NCBI RefSeq assembly: GCF_009914755.1
Contig: NC_060929.1
DNA from: the human T2T-CHM13v2.0 reference genome, Homo sapiens
Length of the DNA stretch: 64,000 nucleotides
Direction: 5' to 3' (one strand)
The notes below the pieces were generated by a model, which did not search any database, was not told the DNA's origin, and saw only the letters and a list, made by a program, of their open reading frames with translations. Shown in pieces: positions 42,861 through 55,637 of the stretch. The position numbers and the translations under genes are program-made. Each line of letters begins with the position of its first letter. Positions within the stretch are counted from its first letter, which is position 1.

Positions 42861-45800
42861 TAACTGTCAGCTTCTATATAAACATTTTAAAAATCACTAT
42901 CTCTAAGAAAACTAGGAAATCAAACATCTGGAATTCGGCATTGGCTACCAATTGTAGATGAAACATACTTTTTCAATGATTTAGACACAACTGTCACAGC
43001 TTACAAAATGCATCTTCACCAATTAGTTACCTAGTTAGGCTCTGCAGACTTAATTGTTTATCTCTGACCATAGTCCTAACCCAACTTGGCTCCATAGTTG
43101 CTGGGATAAGATAGATTGATTTTAGCTATTGGTATCAGTATTCTACTTCCCCACATGCCTATCGAAAAATGCTCTTAGAGTTTTAGAACTGGAATGGCAA
43201 AATTTATTTCCTGAGTGATTAAATGGCTCCACTCCTACTATTCTAGGTCACCTTGTTCCTTGTTGAGAGATAGCCACATCCTGAATGTGGCTCTTTTCTC
43301 TCAGCTTTGCACACACTGTCAATAGGCAAATCTCAGTTGCAAGAAACTCTTTAGGTAGAATGGAAGTATTTTTCTTTCTGCTACATGAAACCTGAAGGAA
43401 GTATTCTCAGATTATCCAGACCTAAGGAAGGATACATTCATCTATAGCTCCCTCTCAATTTACAGAAATGTTTGGTTGGTAGAGAGTCTTGCCTAAGTAT
43501 TTAATCTGGCCCAAGGTAAAGAAATACTGCAACCTCAGATCTACTGGCCAAGGGGAGCTGGGTTGTTTTGAAAGGCACTGTAATGTGCCCCCTTTTTCTT
43601 ACACAGCAGTGGGCATGATTAGGAGGCAAAAAGCTATGGAAAGGAAAACTTAAGTTCTTCCTTATAAGAATTTAAAACGTGTATCTCCATGGAGGGCCTG
43701 CAAAGTCTTTATAGGATATTTTGCCTTTGGGAACTTCTTTTTTTATACTACTATTTCAATCTCCTCACCTCCCTCTCTGTCTCTATTTCTAATTAGATAG
43801 ATCACAGATACAGGTATAGATAAACATAGATATATAGATGGAAGGCCTTGATTGGAAGTGCTACAACCTCCTTCCACTGTTGAGTGGAAGCACCTGCTTG
43901 AGGGATGTACCAGTTTAGTTAGGAGGAGGAAATGAGGAGGAGAGTCTGATGGAGGAAAAAAATAAAATGTTCTGAAGTGATTGAGAGCACAGAGAGTTTG
44001 GAATAGACCTGCAAACAGGGGGCCCTTGCTAGGAACTAGGGCAAATCCATGAAGTGACTTTGCTGTTGTGTTTACATTATTTGTCTTTTTCCATTAGATA
44101 CTTGCCACAGTTATATTACGCATCCACGATTTTAAGATGTTGCTGTTTTGGGATGCATTGTTTTATTTCCCCCGAGAACACAGCAGCCTTGTGCAAGAGG
44201 CATTGTGCATGACTAGGAGAGGAAGAAATAACAAACTCCTTAAGAACAACAGGAGGGGGAAACGGGGAGTAGTTGTTTAGACAACTAATAGTCAATTTCC
44301 AGGCCTTGCCAGGTCAGGAAAGGAAAATCCCTAGGTGGGGTTCATACCTGTAGTCAAATACAAGTAAAACCAAAAGGTAGGGCCTAATCCAGGCACATTT
44401 ATTTTTCCCCAAATACTTTCAAAAAGAGAGACCACTGAAGGAGTGAGGGAGTCTCAGGGTTTTAGGCTACATATGCTTTTCATCCACCTTGTCTATGCAA
44501 CTCGGGTCCAGGATTCCTTCCAGCCATCACTAACTGAACCAAATTCCAAGGAGCCACTGCCTCACATTGCCATGCTCCGTGTTTTGCACAGAGGCTTCAG
44601 TTTTGATCAAACATGTTTTGTTTTCGATTATCACACATTCCACTCCAAAACTAAATATTATTTCCCGAAAATAATTTGTCATTTTAGAAACTGATACAAC
44701 TCTGAAATGATTTTATCTGTTTGAATACTTTGATGATCATCTCAGACACATAAGCAGAAATTTAACATAAAGAGTTAAAGACTGATAATAAATAAAATTG
44801 TTTTTCAGATTCATTGAAACATTCTCAATTTTTCTTCTATAAGAAATGAGTAAAATTGATTTTGTTATTTAATATTTCTAGAGGTGCTTATTTTAACTAG
44901 TATCTTATAACTAGAAGGTATCTGGGTCTTCAAAAGAATTTCATAGCATACCTTTGATCATTTAACTTGGCAAGTTTGTCTTTCAGAATATGTTGTAGTC
45001 AGATAGTCGAGAATGATCATTAGTGAATTCTCATATCCATCCATCTATTTCAAGTTGTACTTTGCCCTAAATCCAGTTCAGAAATCTGTGGGAAAATTTA
45101 GCACTTCTGAAATTTTAGAAACTAGTTAAAAGGGATTGAATTCAGCCTTTCTGAGGCACTGAAGATAAAACTTAGACTCATATTTGTAATTCAACCCAAA
45201 TGACAAATTTTTCAGTTACAAATTTTAATCTAGTTTTTAACTACCTCATGAAATTTTTACCAGTAAGTTCTAAATAAAATAATTCAAAAATCTGATTGTC
45301 AGAACCACTGCAATTTCTCTATTATGAATGTATTTACAAGTCATCCTGCATGTAAAAGAAGCAATTTCATGTGGATAAGTAAAATGGTTAAATTTGTTTA
45401 TATTCTATACATCTATACATAATTACGTGTACATATACATAATTAAACTTATACCCTTGTTGATGGTGAACAGTTAAAGTATGCTAGTCTTCACTTAATC
45501 ATGTTATTTTAATTCAGCATAAAAGATAGTTACAGTAGTTATCTAACTAGTTAATTTGATTTTTTTCGGTTATTCTTATCCACAAGTAAGGCTTTTAGAT
45601 AGATTTGAAATGGGATAATGGTGGAAGATGAGGAACTACCACTGATCAAGTAGCCATATTAGCAATGATGCAGTTTGCACAGGGAAAACAAGAAGGAACA
45701 AATAAGCAAATGGGAGAAGAATTACAGAGAACAGTACCCAAGATGCTTCAGTTCAGATAATATTTTGTTTCATTATGAGAGTCTGCACTTAATTTTCCAC

Positions 45801-47203
45801 CAGTTTACCAAGCTAGCGTGACCATCATGACCTTGTACCATCTTCAGATTCCATGAATGGTAGATGAAGAGTTCTACCCATCACTTCTAATAGGCAAAGA
45901 TAGCACATGTCTACATGCACTGATTTGGAAGAAGGACAAGGCTAGAGATGGTGAGCGTTCCGCTTGAGCTATGGGCTATTAGCTTGTGGTAAACATGACT
46001 TAATAGTCAGTGATATGGACTTCACTGGCAGGTCTCATTCAAATAATCCCACAGTTCTTCTACTTCTTAATATAATATTTTCTAGGATAGCGGGTGGGGT
46101 GTAGTTGGGTGATCCATCAGGTGAGTTGAGAAGAGGAATGTGATAGGAACTTTTGTCACTGTTGGAAAGTGCGTGGGTGGTGACATTGAATAGATTCACT
46201 CAGGGAGACAAGTTAGCATATCTTTCATCTTTTTATAAGCAGCTGAGTAGAAAGAAATTGAGCAGCAGGAAAGGAGGGACAGGATACAAGAAAGTGTCTT
46301 TTCTTCCTCTCCATTCTTACAATGTCCTGATTCTTCAGCCCAGAGCTTTAAATATTTTTGTAACTACTTTCTTGGGGAACTGTCATGTTAACAGTAATTT
46401 TGTATATATTGAGCTCCTAAAGCTATGGATGCTTTATAAAGCTACAATGTAAATTTATTTCTCTCCATAATCCCTGTCACTTTCCCTGTCTCCACATAAA
46501 AAGCAAGAGACTTAACATTTCATTATTAATTACAGCAACAGCAAGTTGGCTGTCAGAGTCAAACCTCCACACACTCCCCCCACCAAGCTGCTGAGCTTCC
46601 AGCCATTTACTCATTAAGCTGATGATGATGGAGTTTTTAAAACCTGCTCTTTGTAATGGACAGTAGACCTTAAAAATCTGTCATAAATTGCTCAATTGAG
46701 GAAATCAAATGGCAAAGAGAGTGAACCAGTGTAAGAGCAAACAAATTGCACCATAAAAGAAAGTAGTGTCTTTAACTGAGCTTTTATTTTTACAAAGAAT
46801 GTGAGAGCAACTTGGAGACTATAAGTGGATGCTGTGAGACTGTTTAACGAAGAGCAGTTATTCACATTAAAGAGGCTGAACACATAAGCAAAAAAAAAAA
46901 AAAAAGAAAGAAAATCAGACCAAACAAAAACAAAGGAACAAAACCACCTTAGAGTGTTTTTGTTTTTCAAATGATATGGTACTGCTGAGTAAAAATGACT
47001 AGGTCCATTTTTAAGTGTATTTTTTTCCTTAACATTTTAAAACCAGACTACATAAGATAAAAGCATATTTCAAGGTGAATACTGATCAAGTTAAGGATCT
47101 AAGCGTATAACAGATTTTTCTGTCATATTTCATAAGAGATTTTTCAAAATGCACATTAATTCTGATATTTTTATTCATTTATTCAGGAAATATTAATGAG
47201 GAC

Positions 47204-47661
47204 TGTTGAAGTCAAAATAGAAATGTAAAGAGGAATCTCTAAATTTAACATTTAATTTAGAAATAAATAATTCGCAAATCAGGGCATATATTCAGACCGA
47301 GTGGTCTTCAGCATGTCTGAAGAATGAAGAGAAGGCTGGAGGTTTTACTAAAAAAAGAAATATTAATTATTGCTCTTTGAGAAAGTTCATTAGCATTGGT
47401 AAGGTTCTGGGAAGCTGGAACGTCTGACTGGTGACTGATGGTGGGTAAAGTAAGTCTTAGATTTGTAGCAGGTTTGTTTGGCAACTATTAGATAAAACAG
47501 TTGTGAGGTTACAGCAGGCACTTTCAGCAGCCAGACTTGCAGTGAATTACATTTTGGGAGAGCAATGTTTTGTGTCCTGAGTGCTTTTTGCCCCTGCCCT
47601 CTTGACTCTGTTTTCACTGGGTATGACGAGAATGCCCCAATTCAAATAATCAGCTTTCACA
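47204..47661. mobile_element. MER67-like solo LTR inserted in an L2 3' end (~47170-47990)
   Basis: TG...CA bounded ('tgttgaagtcaaaat...gctttcaca'); flanks join into L2-like 'ttcatttattcaggaaatattaatgaggac|ctattatg'. Confidence 0.65.
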
Positions 47662-50469
47662 GTACCTATTATGGTCCAGTTCTTTTCTCAAACACTTTGG
47701 AATTGAAGAATAAACTAAACAGAAGAAAATCTGACCCTGAAGAAGAAAGTAGCAAATAAGTCATAAGTATAATGGATAGGTAAGTTATATTGCAGATTTG
47801 AAAGAAATATGTGATGAAAAATAAGAGAAGTAGAGCAGGAAAAAAGAAATTAAGATGGTAGGTGTGGTGGAAGGAGAGGAGGTAAATGCAGGCTCAACCA
47901 GAAGGTAAGAAGTCAACAAACATTTTGGAAGGTAGGAGTTATCAATATGGACAACATGGACATCTAGGGGAAGAGTTCCATGTGGAGTGAGGTTACCCTA
48001 AATAATTGAACTTGCTGGAAAAAAACACAACTCTCAATTTTACTTCATAGAAGCTCTTATAAATGAGAGCAGATGAGCTGTTACTTGTGTTGTGTCCCCA
48101 AATGAAACAGCTCATTCTAACATGGGGTAGCGTGCATCAAAGACAAATCATGCCATCTCACAATATGTATACCCACCAAGAACCTTTTGGAGACCTATAT
48201 TTGGCACTAAAAATACCATTATGAAGAAGAACTTGTATGCCTAATTGCACCCATGCTTTGGTCAATCCTCAATTATATATACATTATAATCAACCACATA
48301 CAAAAGTCTAATATGTGCATTTACCCTGTGATTCTGTTTTATTCATATTAATAGAAGCATGTTTCTACCACTGTGGTGTCATATTATTCAATTATTTTGA
48401 GTTTTAAATCCCAGGGACCGACTTTACCTGAGTATTGTAGCTCTAAAGTTGGAAAGAAAAAATAATGCTGATACCGTAATCAGATAGACATAAACAAAAG
48501 TGGGAAGAAATCTGCTATTGTGATGAAGCCTATATCATTTAAGACCTGAAACTTGACCAAGCAGAATAAATGAATGAATAAATAATTAAATAAATTAATA
48601 AAATGATTCTGGAATTGTAAGCAAGGGAAGATGAAATGATCAGTAGCAAATAACCAAACATGAGCTGACATCATGAAGAAAATAGCAAATTCATGAATTA
48701 TTCTAAAATCGAAGCATTTGTTAGTCTTAAGTGTGAATATCTCTCTATGAAATTCTTTAATCTGGCCTTACAGTATGATTTACAAAGCACAGTTTCTATT
48801 TCTAAGAGCCTCTTACAACTCAAAACTTGCCTTACAAATTTTCTTAGAAGTAATCTTGACATCAAACACATATTGTTTGAACTTTGTTTTTCATATTTTG
48901 TACATTAATTGCCATTCACGTTTTAGTAGTAAATTCTACATGGTCCCAGGTGTGTGACTGTGCATGCCAGTTATATCAGAACAGGCCTTCCCAGCTTTGT
49001 CTTATAGTTATAATATGCAAACTATTGGCATAATTCTACATCTCCCTAAAGATTTTTTGAGTCTTTTGGGATTGATAGTCTCTCTCCCTCTCTCTGGATG
49101 CTGCTTTAGGACATTTACTAAGTATACTACTGTGTCTTTCTCAGTGATTAATGATGACTAGATTAATTGGCTTTCTCTTTCATTGTAAGTTCCCCTTTAA
49201 CATTTCTGATTTTAATTGTGAGAAATAACCCTGCACATGCATGTATTAGAAGTCAGAGAAGATCCTCTCGATCCATCCCATCAATTTCCCAGGAGCAATT
49301 GGCATAATTTAAATCTTCATCTAACTATTCTCCTTCAATTGTAATTGGTGCCACCTATTTTTAAAGTAGCCTATTCTTGTAACATTAACATTATTTTGAT
49401 AATTTATTGCGACCCCATTGCCAAAAACAGGCACAAGGGCGCCATAAATAAAGCAGTCTGATAATTGCTTAAACAAAACTGGGCCCCATGGACCAGCAAT
49501 AAACTGTCATTAAGGTTAGGCTGGAGAAGCACCTGCAATTTCTCTGGATAACCTCTTTTATTTCTCTGTGTACACTACTGCTCATTTCAGAAAATGACAG
49601 TTTTGAAAGATATCAGCAATTTGTTGAAACAAAGAATGAGAAAAACATGGTCTTGGAGGTATAATTTACTTTTACATTTTGAATTAAAAAATAGAAAAAG
49701 ATATGCTGAAAAAAATTATCATATGAAAACCATAAGATTTCTACTGTAGAGCTAGAGCTATTTCACAGTTTAAAAGCTTGCTCCCTTTGTGGTAACTTTT
49801 ATTTGTTATTTAAATTCAAGTTAATCTTCCCTGACTTGTAGTACTTAAAAAATAGTACTCATGGTCTTTTATTGTTTTCAAGCACAATTTAGATAATGTA
49901 TTTTAGTGTTGCAGCTTGGCTCAGCAATTTTGAAGATTTAGGTTCTGAAAGTTGTTCATCAATAAAATGGCCTATGTACCTCATTTGCAATGTGAAAGTG
50001 TTAGAAATATGAAAGAATTATATTTTTTATAATATAAAATATAGAAAGATTAAAACTATATTTAAAACCAATTCAGAACACACAAGTAGGTATCACTTAA
50101 ATGTCTTTTTCAATGTCAGTGACATTTTTAGTTGCTTTTCTTTCTTAAAATTTGCTCCTAAAGTGGCCATAATAATTGATATTTTATAAAGTTGGGGAAA
50201 AAAACAAAATGAATGTCTTCCTTTTATATTTATCAAAAGGTTATTTAAATGAATTCTTCTTGAATTTGATGGAAGCATTTTTTAAATTATGTTAATTTTA
50301 ACACATCAGGTGCATGTTTGAATACAAATAAGATCAAATAGGTCTTGAGTCATATCTGCAGGATCTTAATTTTAACATCATAGAGACAAAGATTTTAGTT
50401 AGTCTTTTGTTTTGCTGTCAAATTTCCCTCTAATTTTGGACATGACACATTTTATCTTATTGAGTTTCA

Positions 50470-50516
50470 ATTATATATGTATAATTATATATATAATTGA
50501 ATATATATGTGTACAT

Positions 50517-50559
<43 letters not shown>

Positions 50560-50560
50560 G
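50470..50560. repeat. (TA)n microsatellite
   Basis: Read directly from sequence. Confidence 0.9.
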
Positions 50561-52809
50561 TTGGACTCATCGATGTACATGAAGATACTAGCTTTGAATG
50601 AAACAATGTCAATTGCAAACTGTTGTTCATGCTTAATATAAATTCAATTATGAACAGAAATCCTTTAAGACAAAACAGGGAACCAGGTACTCCTATAACT
50701 TTTCTCCCAATAATTTGATGTTTTGGAAAAATTTAGTACCATATAATTTTTCCCCAAATATTACCTTTATTAAAAATAATAGTAATAATTCTGGAGAGTT
50801 ATTTACACTGTGATTTATTAAATCAATCCCTATGATTTAATGTAGTGATGAAAGTGGTCTTTATATTTAAAATGTGCATGTTATATTGCCAGTTTTTACT
50901 GAGCACATACATTGTCGGCTAATACATACTCCTTTGTAGGTGAGTGTTTAGCGAAGAAAGCCATTGCTCCATTGGCAAATTAGCATCATTAGTTGAAGGA
51001 GCCCAAGGGTTTAAATTGCAGGAGGTTTGCAGGAAGCATGTGCGCTGGCAGAGCTGTGTGGTCAGGCATCTGCAATAACCGTCTACATTATGCTTCCATT
51101 TAGGTGGTGTCATCACTCTGTCACTTTCATCTATTCCATAATTTGCACAAAAAGAAAGCACACCACAACAACTCTTTAAATTCCAAAAATGTATGGTAAA
51201 CTGTCAGTTTCTCTTGCATAAAGTTGTTTATCTCAGGATTTTACTTGGCGTGCAATTTCTCAATAGACGTATCCTTCCTTCTGAAATGCAAAGGAAATCC
51301 CATTGATCAATAGGGGTTGCAGTACTTATCAACATCACAACGGAGACAGCTTAATTCCTCAGATTAGCATTTGGCTCAGATCAGCAAATGTTTTCTGAGA
51401 AATTACTATTTATACATTTAAAAGTATCCAACTTCCCTATCTTCCTCCTATCAGCTCAAAATATAAGCCAGGGCCATGTGGCTGCATCTTAATCACGTTC
51501 GAGCTGGAGAGCCATCAGTTGAAAGCCTGTCTCAGTTCATAGATATGAGAGATTGTAATATTTTAACATTTCCTCCTGCCAAGTTGCTAAGCAATAAAAC
51601 TATCTTGGCACTTTCCTGCCAGTTCATCATGAAGAACTACTTTAGTTTAGCTTAGTCTCTTGATGAAACAAATGGAAGGCAGCTGCACCAAACGGCCTTT
51701 CAGAAACGTGTTGCCAAACAAATCCCCGGAACTTTCACCCCTTTGCATAGCTAATTTAGATGGCTTGAAGCAGAGAAATCCCATGTTAGTATCAGCATAG
51801 AAAATCAAGTCTTAAATATGAGTGATTAAAAATTATACAAACAATAGCTCATCATAATTTTTGCCGAGTGCTATTGTCACATATTACCTTTCTCCAAGGT
51901 ATACCTAAGTGTGATGATTTCTCAGCTAAAAAAAGGCACATTTTTCATACCATAAAGTCAAGTCAGACATACTAGACAAGCTATTGGCTAAATTTGAAAT
52001 GTATTTCTACTTAATTTTTACTTAGCTTTTGAGAGTTTTGATTACATAAGTAATGCCAAAAGAATGCCACACAATAATTTCAAACAACAGAGAAATGTAT
52101 ACATTTAAAAGTGTATAAAGTAAAAAGAGAAGTTTCCTTTCGCATTCATCCAATCCTGTATATTTGTATGTGTTTTTTCACAACTGCCTCTGTGCATGTG
52201 TGTGTGTGTGTGTATTTGTGGCTGCATATGTATAAACTAAGAATTTTAGTCTATAAACTTACAGCAAATATTGACACATTTCTTTATTGCTGTTATTGTT
52301 TTTATTAAAATTGAATCATATCCTGAGCCCTCAACTTGCCATTACATGACTAAGTTCTTCCCATCTCAGGAATCAGAAAATCCCAAGAATCTTTATCACA
52401 ACAGAATGTTCTGGGAGAGTCCCCTTGGATTTAGGACACACAGGTCACCAAGGAAATGGCCCTGTGCAAACTCACACCATCATGTGAAGTGGACATCTGC
52501 ATTCTAGTGCTACACAGACTACACCGTCTGCTTCAGAGAGTTTGCAGGTGATCTTCTCTCAGTCTGTCCTCCTCACATTTCAGGTCCTTCACAGAGCCAA
52601 CTCCTGCTCACTGTTATCCTCAGCCTGAAATCACAAAGCTTCCTTATGTAGGCCTTCTTTATCAACTCAGATTAAATTAAAACCTTTCCTCCTAGTGGAC
52701 AACAAGGCACTTTTTAATGTATCCATTATCATACTTCTCAAATTTATTTTTGCCAACTCTCTGCTTCCTTATTAAACTATGGTATCCATAAGGGTAGCTT
52801 ACAGTGCTC

Positions 52810-54072
52810 AACATTTATTCATTAATTGGACAGATACTCACTGAGCTTCTACTATGGTGAATTGATGTGCTGGATGCTGAGAATAAAACTTCTATTTGAA
52901 TGGCATGATTCTCTCTCACTGTCCCTACCTTTGAGACAGATGTGAATAAAAAAGCTACACATTATTACTTAATTAGAATGATAAATGTTATACTATCTAT
53001 GTGAGTAGTTGGAGCAAGTTAGTCTCGTGAGAGAGGTGAGTGTTTCAGGAAATTCTCTGGAAAAATTTGTATGTAAGTTGAGACCTGAGAAGTAAACACA
53101 ACTTCATTAGGAGAGAAGAGCATCCTTAGTTCTTTAGTGAGACTGGAAGGTGTGTGGAGTAAAAGCCTTAGAGAGGAGGAGGTGGTGGACACACATTCTG
53201 AAAGACGAAGTATTCTAAAGCCAGGCTGGCCAGCAAGGATTTTATATTACCGAATCTTTTGGGGTTTTTTCCATGAGAATACTGTGAAGCCATAAGCAAG
53301 GCAGCAATATGAGTAGATCTGCAATTAGAACATGATGGTGGACTTGGCCAAGATGGTGAAAACAAACAGAATAGAATTGAAAAATATTTTGGAGTTAAAA
53401 ATAGGAGAATTTAGCGATTCACTGATTGTGGGTCTGAGGCAAAGAAGATAAAAGTTAAAAAATATAAGAGGAAAAGCAATAGTTAACACTCATAATGCAT
53501 TGCTAGGTACTAATCATTAAGTTTCTCACATGTATTAGTAGATTTAATTTGCACAATAACCATAAGAAGTAGGTGCTATTATACTCAAACATCATTGATG
53601 AGGAAAGTAAATCAAAGGGTTAATAAATAACTTGCCCAGAGTTGTACGGCCATAGGGTGGTTTGGTTCCAGAATCTATTACTTACACATTACTCCTGGGC
53701 TTTTGGAATGAGAAACTGAGGATGGTGTTGCTATAAACTGGAACAGGGAACATTGGAGAAGCAGTGAATCTGGGTTAAGGCACAAGATGATTTTTGAACA
53801 GGTTGAATTTAAGGTGCCTCTGAGATAGGCAACTAGAGATGACAGGTCTGGCATTCTAAAGTTGAATATAAACAGAAGATATCATTTTGGGACTTATCAA
53901 AATAGAAATGATAATGAAAGCCATGAGATGCATGAAAGCATTCAGGATTACAGTATAGAGTAAAAAAGAAAGCCTATATGAAGTAGAGGAAGGGGTACTG
54001 GCCTCATTGTCTAGGGAGGAACTGCTAGGGTAGTAGAACAATGGGATTATGCTGTCACAAAAACCAAAGAAA
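52810..54072 (-). mobile_element. L2 (with a nested MIR at ~53500-53690); appears to continue at 55638-55690 beyond the retrocopy
   Basis: 'atttattcatt...actgagcttctactatg', 'ggttgaatttaaggtgcct', 'tgtcacaaaaaccaaagaaaa|...tcaaggagagtgcagtcaacc'. Confidence 0.75.
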
Positions 54073-54579
54073 AAACATAATTTCTTAAATCATGGTCTGT
54101 CACTGAATCTGGTTATAAAACCTTATCTTGCACTAGAAGGATCTGTAGCTTTTCCAGCTGAGAATGGGGTTCAGGATACCGAATCAACACAAGAAAAGAG
54201 AGAAACTGGGGATGAAGAAAACTCAGCTAAATTTCCTGTAGGAAGGAGAGATTTTGACAGTGAGTAGTTTTTCAAAATTCAATTCTTACATCCTACCATT
54301 AAACAGAACTCTGAGTTTAAGCAAATTTGGATGCAATCATAACAAAATCAAATAAGACCATGGCTCAATTACACCTGCCAAAAATGTGGGATTAAGAAGT
54401 GTTTAATTAGTTCTTATCATTTTGGTTTACTCAGAATTAGTTATACTAGATCCATTCTTCTTTTTTCTTAATAAATGTTGTGTGATAATTATAGTCCTTT
54501 AAACAATTTAAACTTTCTTCTTCCTTCAGCACTCAGCTGTATGCTGGGAAGAGTCTACCAATCTTGCTGGCAAGTCTGA
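54049..54579 (+). pseudogene. PMCHL1: Pro-MCH-like chimeric gene/pseudogene: spliced ORF 54049-54259 + 54530-54579 (86 aa); unspliced ORF 54049-54267 (72 aa)
   Basis: Translation HNFLNHGLSLNLVIKPYLALEGSVAFPAENGVQDTESTQEKRETGDEENSAKFPVGRRDFD is homologous to PMCH exon 2. A 270-bp GT..AG intron (54260-54529) follows, then exon 3 giving T-LSCMLGRVYQSCWQV*. Exon 1 and the signal peptide are absent. L1 vs L2 paralog is assigned from recalled protein sequence. Confidence 0.92.
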
Positions 54580-55044
54580 TTCTTTTTTTGATATGGACCT
54601 GTTGGTCTATGTCATCTTTTCAGAAGAAAAGCATTTAATTGCCAATGGGAGGAGAAGCCCATAATGTTACTGTAACTTGGGTATTATGTTAAATGTCTGT
54701 TTTAAAAGAAAGTAGCGTTAAGATAGATCAGTAACCAAAATCATAGGCTTTTTCTGTGCATTTAACTTTGTGAAAATTCTGTATAATTATGACTTACTAG
54801 TATTTTTGAACAATGCTTAACATACTAACCTTACATACACTCTAGACCAAAATAAGGCATCATAATTTACACCTTAATCTCAAAAATTAAGCATGTCTTT
54901 GGTGAATGGTTTTATATATACATAAACCTAAAGCATATAAGACAAAAATTTATGTTTGGAGCCTGTGTTCTGTAAAGAGAAGGTTGATTTGTCTTTTAGC
55001 TATCGTATTTGGAGTGGAACTATAATACAAATGTATAATATTCC

Positions 55045-55342
55045 TTTTTTTTTTTTTTTTTTTGAGATGGAGTCTCACTCTGTTGCCCAGGCTGGAGTGC
55101 AATGGCACGATCTCGGCTCACTGAAACCTCTGCCTCCCGGGTTCAAGCAATTTCTTGCCTCAGCCTCATGAATAGCTGGGATTACAGGTGCCCACCACCA
55201 TGCCTGGCTAGTTTTTGTATTTTTAGTAGAGGCAAGGTTTCACCATCTTGGTCAAGTTGGTCTGGAACTCCTGACCTCGTGATCCACCTGCCTCGGCTTC
55301 CCAAAGTGCTGGGATTACAGGCGTGCACCACTGAGTCCAGCC
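55045..55342 (-). mobile_element. AluS inserted in the retrocopy
   Basis: Poly-T plus reverse-complement Alu; short TSD approximately atattc. Confidence 0.96.
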
Positions 55343-55599
55343 TATATTCTTGTTTATCAGTTCAAAAATGTTCTGCTCTGTTTTTGACTCTTTAAAAATA
55401 ACTTAGATTCAAATTTATAGTAGAAGAAAAAAAATCTTTCAGATAAGAGGTGTTCTCCAGAATGGAGGAACTACTTGGCATGTAAGAAATAGCGTCAGTG
55501 TCCTAATGCATATTGTGACTGTTTGCATATACTTCTGTTTGTAAAAATATCAGTTTTACTTTTCAGAGGATTTGTAAGAAACATTTAAATTTTCATTGA

Positions 55600-55637
55600 A
55601 ATAAATGACAAGTCATACTGCCACTTAAAAAAAAAAA
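55600..55637 (+). terminator. Poly(A) signal and retroposed A-tail
   Basis: AATAAA 21 nt upstream of an A11 run. Confidence 0.85.

Larger units (their letters stand above)
54073..55637 (+). mobile_element. Retrocopy of an antisense-MCH (AROM/PARPBP 3' end) transcript with a 5' inversion
   Basis: 54073-~54950 is in PMCH sense. 54950-54969 is the reverse complement of AACACAGGCTCCAAACATAA (NTGSKH, start of exon 2), followed by the reverse complement of the acceptor and intron 1. Ends with AATAAA (55600-55605) and A11 (55627-55637). Confidence 0.88.

Noticed and set aside
54049-54579. Authentic PMCH gene
   Set aside because: No exon 1 or signal peptide upstream, the MCH peptide has four substitutions, intron 1 is inverted downstream, and the insert ends in an A-tail.
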